Assembly (NCBI GenBank): GCA_004524535.1
Contig: SDNY01000025.1
Span: 1 to 37,342 of the forward strand
Length of the DNA stretch: 37,342 nt
Direction: 5' to 3'
Origin: Promethearchaeota archaeon
Lineage (GTDB): Archaea; Asgardarchaeota; Lokiarchaeia; Sigyniarchaeales; SOKP01
The notes below the pieces were generated by a model. It ran no database searches. It had not been told where the DNA came from and was given only the letters and a program-made list of their open reading frames with translations. How positions within the stretch are numbered: position 1 is the first letter of the stretch; each line of letters begins with the position of its first letter. A program made the translations under genes and the position numbers. Of this stretch, positions 10,861 to 19,714 are shown in pieces.

Positions 10861-11533
10861 TTTCATGTTATCAATAATATTTGGTATAGATTTTATATTT
10901 ATTGCGATAATTTTAATTTTTTCTCTATATTTCGATTTAAAATTTAGAAGGATTTCGAATAAACATCTTAAAATTTTTTATTTAATTAGTCTAATTCTAA
11001 ATTTTTTAGAATTTTGGATTTTTTATAAAATCTTTTTATTGTTCATTATTTTGAAATTTCTTATTATTATTTTAACATTTCTAATATCTTTACTATTATT
11101 TTCTCTTAAAATTATAGGAGGTGGTGATGGAAAATTAATTATTTTAATATTTTTAACTCATCCAATTAAATATTTGGAATTCGGTTTAGTACTTTTATTC
11201 TTTTTATTATTTTCACTTCTATTTTTTATATTCTTTTTTTCAAACTTCTTAATCAATCATATCGTGAAAAATTCCTATTCATTCGAGATTCTTTTTAGTT
11301 ATAACATTAAGATTTCTGTTTTTAAAAGATTTTATTTGAAAATGTTCTTTAGATTTTTTAATTTATCAGAAATTATAGATTATCAGGGATATAAGAAATC
11401 AATAAAGTCTCAAACGATATTTTATAATAGTATTAAGAAGAAATTACAATTATTTGCTCAATATCAACCACCTCTCGTTATTATGTGTATATTATCCTAT
11501 TACACAATTTTTTTTCTAAAAATAGGATTTTAA
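10853..11533 (+). CDS. Prepilin peptidase (A24 family, FlaK/PibD-like)
   Basis: Multi-TM protein with two aspartate motifs, YFDLKFRRISN and IIGGGDGKL. The ATG at 10853 is preferred over the TTG at 10835. Confidence 0.82.
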   Translation: MFNFMLSIIFGIDFIFIAIILIFSLYFDLKFRRISNKHLKIFYLISLILNFLEFWIFYKIFLLFIILKFLIIILTFLISLLLFSLKIIGGGDGKLIILIFLTHPIKYLEFGLVLLFFLLFSLLFFIFFFSNFLINHIVKNSYSFEILFSYNIKISVFKRFYLKMFFRFFNLSEIIDYQGYKKSIKSQTIFYNSIKKKLQLFAQYQPPLVIMCILSYYTIFFLKIGF

Positions 11534-11583
11534 ATAGTTTTTTACAAACTTAAAATTAAAAATATAAAGTAACAAAATTAAAA

Positions 11584-11898
11584 ATGAAAGAGATTATTAC
11601 AAAAGATTCTTTAAACCAATCTATTGAATTGATTTCAGAGTTGAATCTCAACGACGAGGATTATGAAAAAATTTTCGAAAAATTTAAATTAATGTTGAAT
11701 AATTCGGAAATGAAAGAAGCAATTAAAAAATTTTCAGGAGTCAGAGAGATTGAAAAAGAAAATGACTTAAAAACAATTATGAAAACGCTTATAAATAAGA
11801 TAAGATTATCTGACTTAAATCAATTATTAGGAAATATTGTTAAAAACGAGGATCTCATAGATTTTATTCAAGATTTGTTTTTAGAGAAATTAATCTAA
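11584..11898 (+). CDS. Hypothetical acidic helical protein
   Basis: 104-aa ORF with an ATG start and host-like composition. Confidence 0.65.
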   Translation: MKEIITKDSLNQSIELISELNLNDEDYEKIFEKFKLMLNNSEMKEAIKKFSGVREIEKENDLKTIMKTLINKIRLSDLNQLLGNIVKNEDLIDFIQDLFLEKLI

Positions 11899-12075
11899 AT
11901 TCTTATTTTATTTTTTTTTTATCTTAAGCTCATTTTTAATCCAAATAAAAGGTTCTATAATATTAAAGATAAAACTTTATTTTCGTAGTTGTATAATGTT
12001 TTAAAAAAATCAAAATATCATTAGTTTAAACTCAAAATTTTTATCCTAGAGAAAATATCTTAAAGATTCTTCTTC

Positions 12076-12085
12076 TTGCCGATAC
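12076..12085 (+). repeat. Left terminal inverted repeat TTGCCGATAC
   Basis: Exact reverse complement of GTATCGGCAA at 20361-20370. Both copies sit at the compositional borders of the element. Confidence 0.55.
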
Positions 12086-12127
12086 TCGTATTAGAGATAA
12101 TATGCTTCGCTTCTTTATTATAAGCCA

Positions 12128-12523
12128 CTATTCAATTTTTATTACTTTCATGGTAATAATTCCCTTGTATCGACATATATCACAATAATAATTTATTTTT
12201 GTATTATTATCATAGACATTATTTAATAAATATAGATTTTTTATTCTTCCACAATTAGCACATTTCCCTTTTAAATATACTACTTTTTTAGCCAACTGAT
12301 GTAAGGAAATATTCGGTAATTCCTCTTTATCTGACATTCTATTTGTCCTAATTCTGTATTCTTTATCTGGATATGACATTAATTTTTCCCCCGTTTTCAT
12401 AGAAAAAATCATGATATAATTTTTAAAATATTTATAATATGCCTTTTCATATTCCCCCACCATTTTATTCTTTTCTTTTTCATACACATATATCGTAGTC
12501 ATTAAGGTATCTCTCCAATTCAT
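12128..12523 (-). CDS. Element protein with C-terminal Zn finger
   Basis: CANC...CDIC. Last gene of the minus-strand array. Confidence 0.75.
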   Translation of the reverse strand: MNWRDTLMTTIYVYEKEKNKMVGEYEKAYYKYFKNYIMIFSMKTGEKLMSYPDKEYRIRTNRMSDKEELPNISLHQLAKKVVYLKGKCANCGRIKNLYLLNNVYDNNTKINYYCDICRYKGIITMKVIKIE

Positions 12524-12748
12524 TTAAGGTATTTCTCCCTTCCATAATTCCCATATTTTCTTATTTTCAATATCTACCATCTTATCCAAGATTTTCGATA
12601 TATTATAATAAGCCGTCTTAATATTTTCTCTTTCTTCCACATTCCCCATAATTCCCACTCTGAAACCATAACTCTGATAATCTTTTGTATATTTCCGATG
12701 CACCGATATTTTTATTTCTTTTACACTTACCACTAACGCATCACCCAC
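12524..12748 (-). CDS. Element hypothetical protein
   Basis: Abuts the downstream gene. The exact start is uncertain. Confidence 0.65.
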   Translation of the reverse strand: MGDALVVSVKEIKISVHRKYTKDYQSYGFRVGIMGNVEERENIKTAYYNISKILDKMVDIENKKIWELWKGEIP

Positions 12749-12761
12749 ATTTCATAAATCT

Positions 12762-12929
12762 TTATTCTAATAAAGCATTCAATTTTTCGATTAAATCCTT
12801 AACTTCATTTTCTTCAAGATACAACATTAATATATCACCATACATATCTTCGAACAGAATTCTAAACAGCTTTCCATTTACACCAACTTTTATCTTTTCT
12901 ATTTCTTCCATTCCAAATTCTATTGGCAT
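12762..12929 (-). CDS. Element hypothetical protein, 55 aa (absent from the ORF track)
   Basis: MPIEFGMEEIEKIKVGVNGKLFRILFEDMYGDILMLYLEENEVKDLIEKLNALLE*. TAATG overlap with the Rep stop codon and an upstream GGTGA SD. Confidence 0.7.
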   Translation of the reverse strand: MPIEFGMEEIEKIKVGVNGKLFRILFEDMYGDILMLYLEENEVKDLIEKLNALLE

Positions 12930-13753
12930 TAATATATCACCTTATCATACATTCCTTTTTTGATATTTTTTATTTTTCTAAATAATTTTCTATATCCATT
13001 TTCCCCAAACGAATCATAATACTCTATAAAGTTCTGTTTCGTAAGCAATAATTTACTAATACACTGATTATACTTTACCATATCACTTTTTTTAAACATC
13101 GGCTTTACAACAAATTGATAACCACGCCCAAAATTCCACTTTTTTCCGCTACTTTTGATTTTTCCTAATTTAGTTGGTTTTAGTAAATCCTTATTTACAT
13201 AATATATTAAATTTCTTTTATGCTGACTTCCTAGACCTTTTAATTCTCGTGCATACACAATTCCTTTACCCCATTTTCTATACAACAAATAACCCATCAT
13301 TATTTCCACATCAGATTTTTTATAATTCATATAGTGTGTTCGTGCTTTTTTTATCATTTTAATTATATCAACTTTCCCTGCTTCCCAACCCTTTCTAAAC
13401 ATTTTTTTTGCTATATATTCCTTATTAAATTTTTTTTTAAATTCAAATAACAAATGAAAATGTGATCTCTGATTTTTCGTTCCTTCTTCATATTTCCAGA
13501 AATATTTTCTTCCTTTGTTATATATCGTTTTTGTATCTCTTAAAAAACCTTCCAATTCTTTTCCACTTGCACCCCCCTTCCTTAACATTTCATTTAATGA
13601 TTCCGTATTATAAGTCAATACTACATGCCATTCCCATTTAATTCCCGTTACCCCTATTATTTTATCCCGCATATCCTGTAATGATTTGCTTATTTTAGGA
13701 TATACATCCCAAAACCCTTCTTCATTATATACCGAATTTACTAATTTACTCAT
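12929..13753 (-). CDS. HUH rolling-circle replication initiator (Rep), catalytic motifs intact
   Basis: Motif I WHVVLTY, motif II YFWKYEEG...RSHFHLLF (HUH), then WGKG, and motif III YYVNKDL (YxxK). Confidence 0.85.
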   Translation of the reverse strand: MSKLVNSVYNEEGFWDVYPKISKSLQDMRDKIIGVTGIKWEWHVVLTYNTESLNEMLRKGGASGKELEGFLRDTKTIYNKGRKYFWKYEEGTKNQRSHFHLLFEFKKKFNKEYIAKKMFRKGWEAGKVDIIKMIKKARTHYMNYKKSDVEIMMGYLLYRKWGKGIVYARELKGLGSQHKRNLIYYVNKDLLKPTKLGKIKSSGKKWNFGRGYQFVVKPMFKKSDMVKYNQCISKLLLTKQNFIEYYDSFGENGYRKLFRKIKNIKKGMYDKVIY

Positions 13754-14589
13754 ACCTTCAATTTCACTTGTTTCTTTATTCCTTTTTTCATTTCCATTAA
13801 ATCATTTATCGTTCTTGCATACACTATTTCCCCAGAATAGTCTCTTTTTTCTGTAAAGTATTTTATAAAATTCTCTTTGGTGCTCTCCAAACTTTTTTCC
13901 GCTTCTTCCACCGATACATTTCCCAGCCATTCATATTCCGATTTTTTTTTTACCTTCTTAGTTTTAATTCCCCTCGAAAATCCATATTTTCTTTTATTTG
14001 GTTTAAACCCTTCCGTTCCCGTTCTTTTAGCCACATCTTTTTCCACTTGCTCAATTAATTCTTCCATCGATGTAATTTCCCTTGCATATACAATTCCCTT
14101 ATCCCATAATCTATACATTGAATATCCCATAATTATATCGTTATCCGATTTTTCCTTATTCATTTCATACCCCTTTTGCACTCGAATTACCTCTTTCATA
14201 TCATTTACCCCCATGACTTTTTCTAGTTCCTTTTTTTTCTTGTCTACATCCTTTAACTCAAATAATAAATGAAAGTGTGGTCGCTCTGATTTCCTCCCTT
14301 CTTCATACTTCCAAAAATGTTTTTCCTCAGGAAATATCTTTTTTATTTTTGTTAAATACCCCCGTAATATCGTTGAATCTATTCCCTTTTTTTTCTTTTC
14401 CTCATAGACTTCACTATTCAATGATAATACGACATGATAGTTCCAATTTACCCCTTCACAATTATATATTTTATGTCGCATTCTCATCGTAGATTGAGAA
14501 ATGGTTTTCATTCCCTTCGGAACACGAATATTATAGAATTCCGCTTCTATATGCCATAATAAAGTAATTTCTACAACCGCAGAACTCAT
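13750..14589 (-). CDS. HUH Rep paralog lacking the motif III tyrosine
   Basis: YHVVLSL, HFWKYEEG...RPHFHLLF, WDKGIVYARE, then EQVEKDV where the paralog has YYVNKDL. Confidence 0.82.
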   Translation of the reverse strand: MSSAVVEITLLWHIEAEFYNIRVPKGMKTISQSTMRMRHKIYNCEGVNWNYHVVLSLNSEVYEEKKKKGIDSTILRGYLTKIKKIFPEEKHFWKYEEGRKSERPHFHLLFELKDVDKKKKELEKVMGVNDMKEVIRVQKGYEMNKEKSDNDIIMGYSMYRLWDKGIVYAREITSMEELIEQVEKDVAKRTGTEGFKPNKRKYGFSRGIKTKKVKKKSEYEWLGNVSVEEAEKSLESTKENFIKYFTEKRDYSGEIVYARTINDLMEMKKGIKKQVKLKV

Positions 14590-14592
14590 TTT

Positions 14593-14805
14593 TTACCTCT
14601 TCAGAAATTTTTCAATACTATTTAATTTTACTTTATACCCACATTCAATATTATTGCAATAATAAATAATGTTATTTCCCTCTTTTTTAAGCCATACCCT
14701 TCCTTCTCCACATCGTGGGCATACCTTGTCTGTTTCCTTACATAAATATTTTTGCCCAATTATTCCCATAATTATTGTCATAATTATTCCCATAATTTTT
14801 TCCAT
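14593..14805 (-). CDS. Small Zn-ribbon protein
   Basis: CPRCG...YCNNIECGY, preceded by a short hydrophobic repeat (IMGII twice). Confidence 0.7.
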   Translation of the reverse strand: MEKIMGIIMTIIMGIIGQKYLCKETDKVCPRCGEGRVWLKKEGNNIIYYCNNIECGYKVKLNSIEKFLKR

Positions 14806-15225
14806 CTATTCCATCCACTCAAGCAATCTATTCGTCATATCTCTAATTTTTTCCAATACCCCATAATTATCCTCAATTATCTTACTTGCATAATTACCAT
14901 TTATTTTTTCAAGTTCTTTCATATATTCTACCGTCCTCCAAAAATGTGATACTAACTTATCAATTTTTATCTTATCAGCTACTTGTTTTTCGTCATTCAC
15001 ATCACTTTTTATTGATACCGCTTTTTCAGAAGACCCCGCTTCTCCCATTTTTTCCAATAACCAACTTTTCACTTTAATTATTTGCAATCCTTCTTTATCT
15101 TTCGAATCTACATCTCTTACTTGCGATTTTGGAAACCATTGTTCTCTTCCATCTGGTAATCTAAATAGGAACGCTTTACCTGATTCCGCTACTAAATAAC
15201 ACTCAAAATCTTTAAACTCACTCAT
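14806..15225 (-). CDS. Virus-type small beta-domain protein (WFPKSQ motif), possibly nucleic-acid binding
   Basis: ESGKAFLFRLPDGREQWFPKSQV resembles a motif common in small phage proteins. GAGGT SD present. The function is inferred. Confidence 0.65.
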   Translation of the reverse strand: MSEFKDFECYLVAESGKAFLFRLPDGREQWFPKSQVRDVDSKDKEGLQIIKVKSWLLEKMGEAGSSEKAVSIKSDVNDEKQVADKIKIDKLVSHFWRTVEYMKELEKINGNYASKIIEDNYGVLEKIRDMTNRLLEWME

Positions 15226-15313
15226 ATTTTTTACCTCTTTTTATTTTATTTTAATCTATTTTATTTTATTTTATTTCATTATAAAAAAAAAAAAAAAGCT
15301 GTTAATTAATTTT

Positions 15314-15727
15314 TTAAATTTTTCTTGAATATGCTCTTGAAGATGAACTTTTACTTGTTTTACCCGAATACTCTTTTTCTTCGTAATTTCTACATCGCCA
15401 GCAAGCTGGTTTCGGTTTAAACATTGGTTTACCTTTATCATCTTTTTTTCCAAAAGTTTTATCCCTATGAATCCCTGACATCATCTGGAATTTTATATAA
15501 TCTTTCCCATCATCCTCATATTTCGGGCATGGAACTTTTTCAAGATTATACATTCTACTTATTGGTATACAGAATAAAATATCTTTCCCACCTCTTGCTA
15601 CTCTTACCCAGATAGCTTTTCCAGATTTTACCGCTACAACACTTCCTCCAGCAATACTGAGCATAATTGATTTCCCATCCATCGTCTTATTATACGCACA
15701 TTCATAAATATAAGTTTTTAGCTCCAT
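15314..15727 (-). CDS. Element basic hypothetical protein
   Basis: 137 aa, Lys-rich, CWRC motif, GAGGTGA SD. Confidence 0.7.
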   Translation of the reverse strand: MELKTYIYECAYNKTMDGKSIMLSIAGGSVVAVKSGKAIWVRVARGGKDILFCIPISRMYNLEKVPCPKYEDDGKDYIKFQMMSGIHRDKTFGKKDDKGKPMFKPKPACWRCRNYEEKEYSGKTSKSSSSRAYSRKI

Positions 15728-15729
15728 TT

Positions 15730-16074
15730 TTATATCTTCACCTCGATAAATTTATCATGATGCTGATATTCTTTCACTTTATTTATGGTATCTTTCACGA
15801 ATTCATTGATTTGGGCTATCGTATCCGCTTCATTTGACTTTGACATTAATTTCTTAAAGGTAATCTCTAATTCTGTTATCAATACCTTTTTCCATTTTTT
15901 TCCCAGTTTCATGACTCCTCTCAGAAATTTCTTGTTTTGACTTGTTATATCGTATCCTAATTTTATCAACAATCTCTTCCATTTTCTCCTATTTGACAAT
16001 ATCCAAATAAAGAAAGTTATTACCGATGTTAAACTAATCGTTACTATCCCACCACCTATTACAATATCAAACAC
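15730..16074 (-). CDS. Element membrane-anchored protein
   Basis: N-terminal TM segment followed by basic RRKWKR and a helical tail. GAGGTGA SD before a GTG start. Confidence 0.75.
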   Translation of the reverse strand: MFDIVIGGGIVTISLTSVITFFIWILSNRRKWKRLLIKLGYDITSQNKKFLRGVMKLGKKWKKVLITELEITFKKLMSKSNEADTIAQINEFVKDTINKVKEYQHHDKFIEVKI

Positions 16075-16085
16075 TTTTTATCACC

Positions 16086-16724
16086 TCAGAACCATCCTTT
16101 TTTCTTCTTCTTCGATTTCTTTGGTTTTGGCAGTTTAAATACCGATTTTACTGTTTTTTTCGCTTTCTTAGAAGAGACTTTTGGTAATGCTATTATACTT
16201 TTTCGCTTCATTGTATTTGCAAATAGTTTTGGCACATCTACTGTTTTTTTCTTAGTCGCCTTTGCGACTGCACTTCCGAAGATACTAAATCTTTTACCAA
16301 CATCCCCGCCCATTTTACTCATACTTTTTGTAATCCCTGACAATCCTTTTGGGATACCTTTTGAGCTCAGCTTCAATCCTTCTCCAATAGTTCCAGAGAA
16401 CATTTTACCTATTCCCCCACCAATATCACTAACTCCACCTGTAATCATTTTCCCAAGACCACTAACTCCACCTGTAACCATTTGTCCAAGTTTACTTAAT
16501 CCACCCATTGCTTGTTGTCCAAGTCCACCTACCCCACCGAAGAAGGTTTCTCCTAATTTGCTAAATCCACCGAACAGTTTACCCCGAAGAACATACCATC
16601 CCACTAACACCGCTCCCGTTACACCCCCGCCTATCAATAGATATTTTATCCATTTCCTTCCCGAACTTCTTTGCCCTTTATTTCCTAACATTCCCATCAT
16701 TTGCGGAACAACAGTCATCGCCAT
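16086..16724 (-). CDS. Gly-rich membrane protein with 11-residue repeats and a Lys-rich tail (putative virion membrane or DNA-pilot protein)
   Basis: TM segment YLLIGGGVTGAVLVGWYVL, then repeats GGFSKLGETFF/GGVGGLGQQAM/GGLSKLGQMVT/GGVSGLGKMIT, then KPKKSKKKKKGWF. Confidence 0.75.
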   Translation of the reverse strand: MAMTVVPQMMGMLGNKGQRSSGRKWIKYLLIGGGVTGAVLVGWYVLRGKLFGGFSKLGETFFGGVGGLGQQAMGGLSKLGQMVTGGVSGLGKMITGGVSDIGGGIGKMFSGTIGEGLKLSSKGIPKGLSGITKSMSKMGGDVGKRFSIFGSAVAKATKKKTVDVPKLFANTMKRKSIIALPKVSSKKAKKTVKSVFKLPKPKKSKKKKKGWF

Positions 16725-16734
16725 TTTTTATCAC

Positions 16735-17157
16735 CTAAATCCTTCGTGAACCGCTACCGCTACGAACTTTTTGTAATTTTGGAACACCTGTTTTTACCGC
16801 ATCAAATAGCTTAGCTCCCCACTTCGTCGCTGTCGCAATATTCTGTAAAAAATCACTGATTCTTTTTAGTAGATCATTATCAATCTGTATCCCAAATGTT
16901 TTAAAGATATTGTCGATAAATTGCATGTTATCTCCTACCGTATCTACCGATTCCGCTAAATCCGAGCTGTTATATACTTTTATTTTATCATACAAAGGAG
17001 CTAACTTTACCCCTACATCAGTCCCTTTATCTATGATAATTAACGCCCCTGCACCAATCAATATCCACGGCAATGCTCTCAACACATTATCTATCGAAAA
17101 AAAATCTGCTAAAAAGTTTTTCGCTGAATCTTCGTCAATCTTTTTTATTTCCGACAT
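16735..17157 (-). CDS. Element membrane protein (putative virion membrane protein)
   Basis: Hydrophobic segment ALPWILIGAGALIII and a basic C-terminus. Confidence 0.7.
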   Translation of the reverse strand: MSEIKKIDEDSAKNFLADFFSIDNVLRALPWILIGAGALIIIDKGTDVGVKLAPLYDKIKVYNSSDLAESVDTVGDNMQFIDNIFKTFGIQIDNDLLKRISDFLQNIATATKWGAKLFDAVKTGVPKLQKVRSGSGSRRI

Positions 17158-17167
17158 CTAAATCCCC

Positions 17168-17911
17168 CTATTGTGATGGGCTTAATAGTTCTTCCACTTC
17201 TTCGGGCAAGAATCCTTTTCCTATTACTAATCGGGTATCAATTGCAATACTACCTGAAATACTACCCCCATTCGTGCTAGCCGCACAATATCCTAATCCA
17301 TGCGAACCAATATATAAATATAGAATATCTTTTAGCTTTTCCACACTAAATGACGATTTTATCGGAGTAAATATAGGTATTGAATTCTTCTTAGTCGTAG
17401 TTGCAATAACACCTTCAGCATTGCTTACAAGACCATTTTCTGGAGTAGTTTGATATGCTGAATACGGAAACCCTATACAATCTTCATTATTCCAAGATGT
17501 TATCGGCTTTCTACTTATCCAATATTTCAAATGCCCCCCTTTCAATCTTGCTACTGCATCTGCGGGCTCACTCGACAAACTCATTGTTATTAGTGTTTGC
17601 ACTCCATATATTTCCACTTCTTTACATGGATATTCAATCAACATATCCTGTGGAAATATATCCCCCGACTCGAACTGCACATTCTCTGGATTTTGGTCGT
17701 ATTCATGGAAATGTTCCGCTTGACTCCCTGCACCAATTGACCCCGCAATGGTTATAGTCCTTGTTTTTTTCTCACTTAACGCCACAAAGCTCTCTCCATA
17801 TCGCATGACAAACCTTCCACTTTCTCTTAGAATTACTTCTAGAGCATTACTTGTTATACTTTTCACTAACCCAATGTTTACTATTTTATTATCCCCTGTT
17901 ATAAAAGTCAT
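17168..17911 (-). CDS. Beta-rich 247-aa protein, candidate major capsid protein
   Basis: Largest non-Rep ORF, with alternating hydrophobic strand patterns and an AGGTGA SD. The ORF is well supported; the capsid role is inference only. Confidence 0.55.
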   Translation of the reverse strand: MTFITGDNKIVNIGLVKSITSNALEVILRESGRFVMRYGESFVALSEKKTRTITIAGSIGAGSQAEHFHEYDQNPENVQFESGDIFPQDMLIEYPCKEVEIYGVQTLITMSLSSEPADAVARLKGGHLKYWISRKPITSWNNEDCIGFPYSAYQTTPENGLVSNAEGVIATTTKKNSIPIFTPIKSSFSVEKLKDILYLYIGSHGLGYCAASTNGGSISGSIAIDTRLVIGKGFLPEEVEELLSPSQ

Positions 17912-17929
17912 ATTTTTTTTTCACCTGCT

Positions 17930-18118
17930 TCATACATCACTTTTAATTTTTAATAATGGTGATAGGTCTTTACGGTCATTCGTGTTAACATTACTAATGC
18001 TCACCCCTACTTGCGATAATCTATTTTGTTGAGCTTCATCCACGATTATTAACACCCCTATTCTTGCACCGACCACAGTTTTATCGCATTCATGAATAAT
18101 ATATAATATTATTTTCAT
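17930..18118 (-). CDS. Element hypothetical protein
   Basis: ATGA overlap with the upstream ORF. Confidence 0.55.
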   Translation of the reverse strand: MKIILYIIHECDKTVVGARIGVLIIVDEAQQNRLSQVGVSISNVNTNDRKDLSPLLKIKSDV

Positions 18119-18303
18119 GGCAATACTCTATTTTCTACTATTTTTTTTACCGATTCATTCTTTTGTCCACATCGAAAAATCGGTCTTAATTTATCAATTC
18201 GCATTTTCCTTTCTTCCAGCCCTACCTTAATAATAGTTCCTTCACAAAAAGGAAAATTATTCCATCTACATCCTATACAGGTTTCATTTATTTTATTTTC
18301 CAT
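18115..18303 (-). CDS. Small Cys-rich element protein
   Basis: CIGCRWNNFPFCEG...FRCG, with a GGAGG SD. Confidence 0.7.
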   Translation of the reverse strand: MENKINETCIGCRWNNFPFCEGTIIKVGLEERKMRIDKLRPIFRCGQKNESVKKIVENRVLP

Positions 18304-18308
18304 TTTTT

Positions 18309-18845
18309 CTAATCCCTCCTTTTTTTAAATACCACTTGAATCGTATATACTTCTACCGACCGACCCGCATGATTTAATTTAATTTGCATTGCTACAATAT
18401 CACCAATTTCAAAATTTTCTTTTCTTAATATATAAAGATATTTTTGTCCACCTAATTCCCCACACGCTGGAAATTCTATATCCACATTATTTTCTACATT
18501 TTCCATAGTCCCTTGTTCAGAACCATCAGTCTTACATGCACCGACATTTAACTTCATATTAACCACCCCTCCATTTGCATCTATTCGCATGAACGGAATA
18601 ATCATTTTTATATCAAAGTTGTCATCCCACTGCTTATCTATATATACCGAACATGATATATTAGCTCCTACTACATTCATTACAATTCCCGGCACATACA
18701 TAATTGCTCCATTCAGATAACTTAACGATAAATTTGTCGTAGTAAACGGTGAACCCACAAAACTCAATACTTCTCCCTTTTTACATTGTGGTCTTATTTT
18801 CCCTACTTCTTTTTCATATTGGTCTATTTCCCATTGTTCTGTCAT
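18309..18845 (-). CDS. Beta-rich protein, paralog B (candidate spike/receptor-binding protein)
   Basis: Alignable over its full length with 18849-19388 (MTEQWE.DQYEK, VGSPF, WD.NFD.K.IIP, DGSE, NVEN.V.I.FP, GDIV). Confidence 0.75.
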   Translation of the reverse strand: MTEQWEIDQYEKEVGKIRPQCKKGEVLSFVGSPFTTTNLSLSYLNGAIMYVPGIVMNVVGANISCSVYIDKQWDDNFDIKMIIPFMRIDANGGVVNMKLNVGACKTDGSEQGTMENVENNVDIEFPACGELGGQKYLYILRKENFEIGDIVAMQIKLNHAGRSVEVYTIQVVFKKRRD

Positions 18846-18848
18846 CTT

Positions 18849-19388
18849 TTATTCCCTTTTTTTTTTATAAGTTATTTCCCACGCATATATTCTTACATCC
18901 CTATCACTTTGATTTAATACTATGCCTATTGATACAATATCCCCCTGATGAATATTTTCACTCCGTAGTAAATATTGATATTTTCCAAAACAATTATACC
19001 CCACATCTGGAAATGTTATACCCACTTCATTTTCTACATTATACCCATCATATTCTTCGCTCCCATCTGAGCTATAAGCATATACTCTTAATTTAAATTG
19101 CACACCCCCGCCACCATTAGTATCGTATCTAAAATACGGAATAATCACTTTTACATCAAAATTTTCATCCCATTTTGAATCTACATACATACTTATTCCC
19201 ACGACATCATTTATTTCACTCATTCGTATTTGGTCGCTACACATAGTTGCTCGATAATAGAAAGGTGTCAAAACAGCCGTATTAAATGGAGATCCTACAT
19301 CCATTACAACATCCCCTTTTTCAACGCATGTCGGTTTTATCTTTTTACAAGCTTTTTCGTATTGGTCAAGTTCCCATTGCTCAGTCAT
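18849..19388 (-). CDS. Beta-rich protein, paralog A (candidate spike/receptor-binding protein)
   Basis: The true start is probably ATG 19388 (MTEQWEL...), which follows GGAGG and matches the paralog's N-terminus. Confidence 0.75.
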   Translation of the reverse strand: MTEQWELDQYEKACKKIKPTCVEKGDVVMDVGSPFNTAVLTPFYYRATMCSDQIRMSEINDVVGISMYVDSKWDENFDVKVIIPYFRYDTNGGGGVQFKLRVYAYSSDGSEEYDGYNVENEVGITFPDVGYNCFGKYQYLLRSENIHQGDIVSIGIVLNQSDRDVRIYAWEITYKKKRE

Positions 19389-19521
19389 TACATGCCTCCA
19401 CATTCCGTATTAAAATCCGTATTATCCCAAACACTTTATTCTTATCCAAAATCTCTGCTTCTTTCCATATATACATTACCGTTTTTTCTATTTCATATTT
19501 CATATCGTCATTTAACTCCAT
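19381..19521 (-). CDS. Element hypothetical protein, 46 aa (absent from the ORF track)
   Basis: MELNDDMKYEIEKTVMYIWKEAEILDKNKVFGIIRILIRNVEACND*. It overlaps the next start (ATGACTGA) and fills the gap in the operon. Confidence 0.6.
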   Translation of the reverse strand: MELNDDMKYEIEKTVMYIWKEAEILDKNKVFGIIRILIRNVEACND

Positions 19522-19525
19522 AATG

Positions 19526-19714
19526 CTATAGACCCCCCAATTTCTTTCCACAATATGGGCAGAATTTCATTCCTTCCCCCATAAACTTTACTCCATTTTC
19601 TTTCGCCAAATAATCTACAATCAACATATAATCCACTAATTTTTGCCATTCTTTACACTTACACTTTTTCAATGAGAAGCACATCCATTGTTCACTTATC
19701 TCAGTCTTTTCCAT
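19526..19714 (-). CDS. Small Zn-binding element protein
   Basis: KCKCKEW...FCPYCGKKL. Confidence 0.7.
   Translation of the reverse strand: MEKTEISEQWMCFSLKKCKCKEWQKLVDYMLIVDYLAKENGVKFMGEGMKFCPYCGKKLGGL

Noticed and set aside
11979-12008. TTTTCGTAG...TTTTAA as a third copy of the 12-6-12 site at the left border
   Set aside because: The spacing is 2 nt longer and the CTTACA spacer is absent, so it is compatible with chance in AT-rich DNA.
19402-19425. TCCGTATTA direct repeat as a dif-like or iteron site
   Set aside because: It is explained by the coding sequence IIRILIRN of the 46-aa ORF and is not palindromic.
12685-19531. Many plus-strand ORFs within the element, and the minus-strand ORF 15271-15453
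   Set aside because: They are antisense or alternate-frame shadows of the coupled minus-strand genes, which have SD motifs and coherent sequences.
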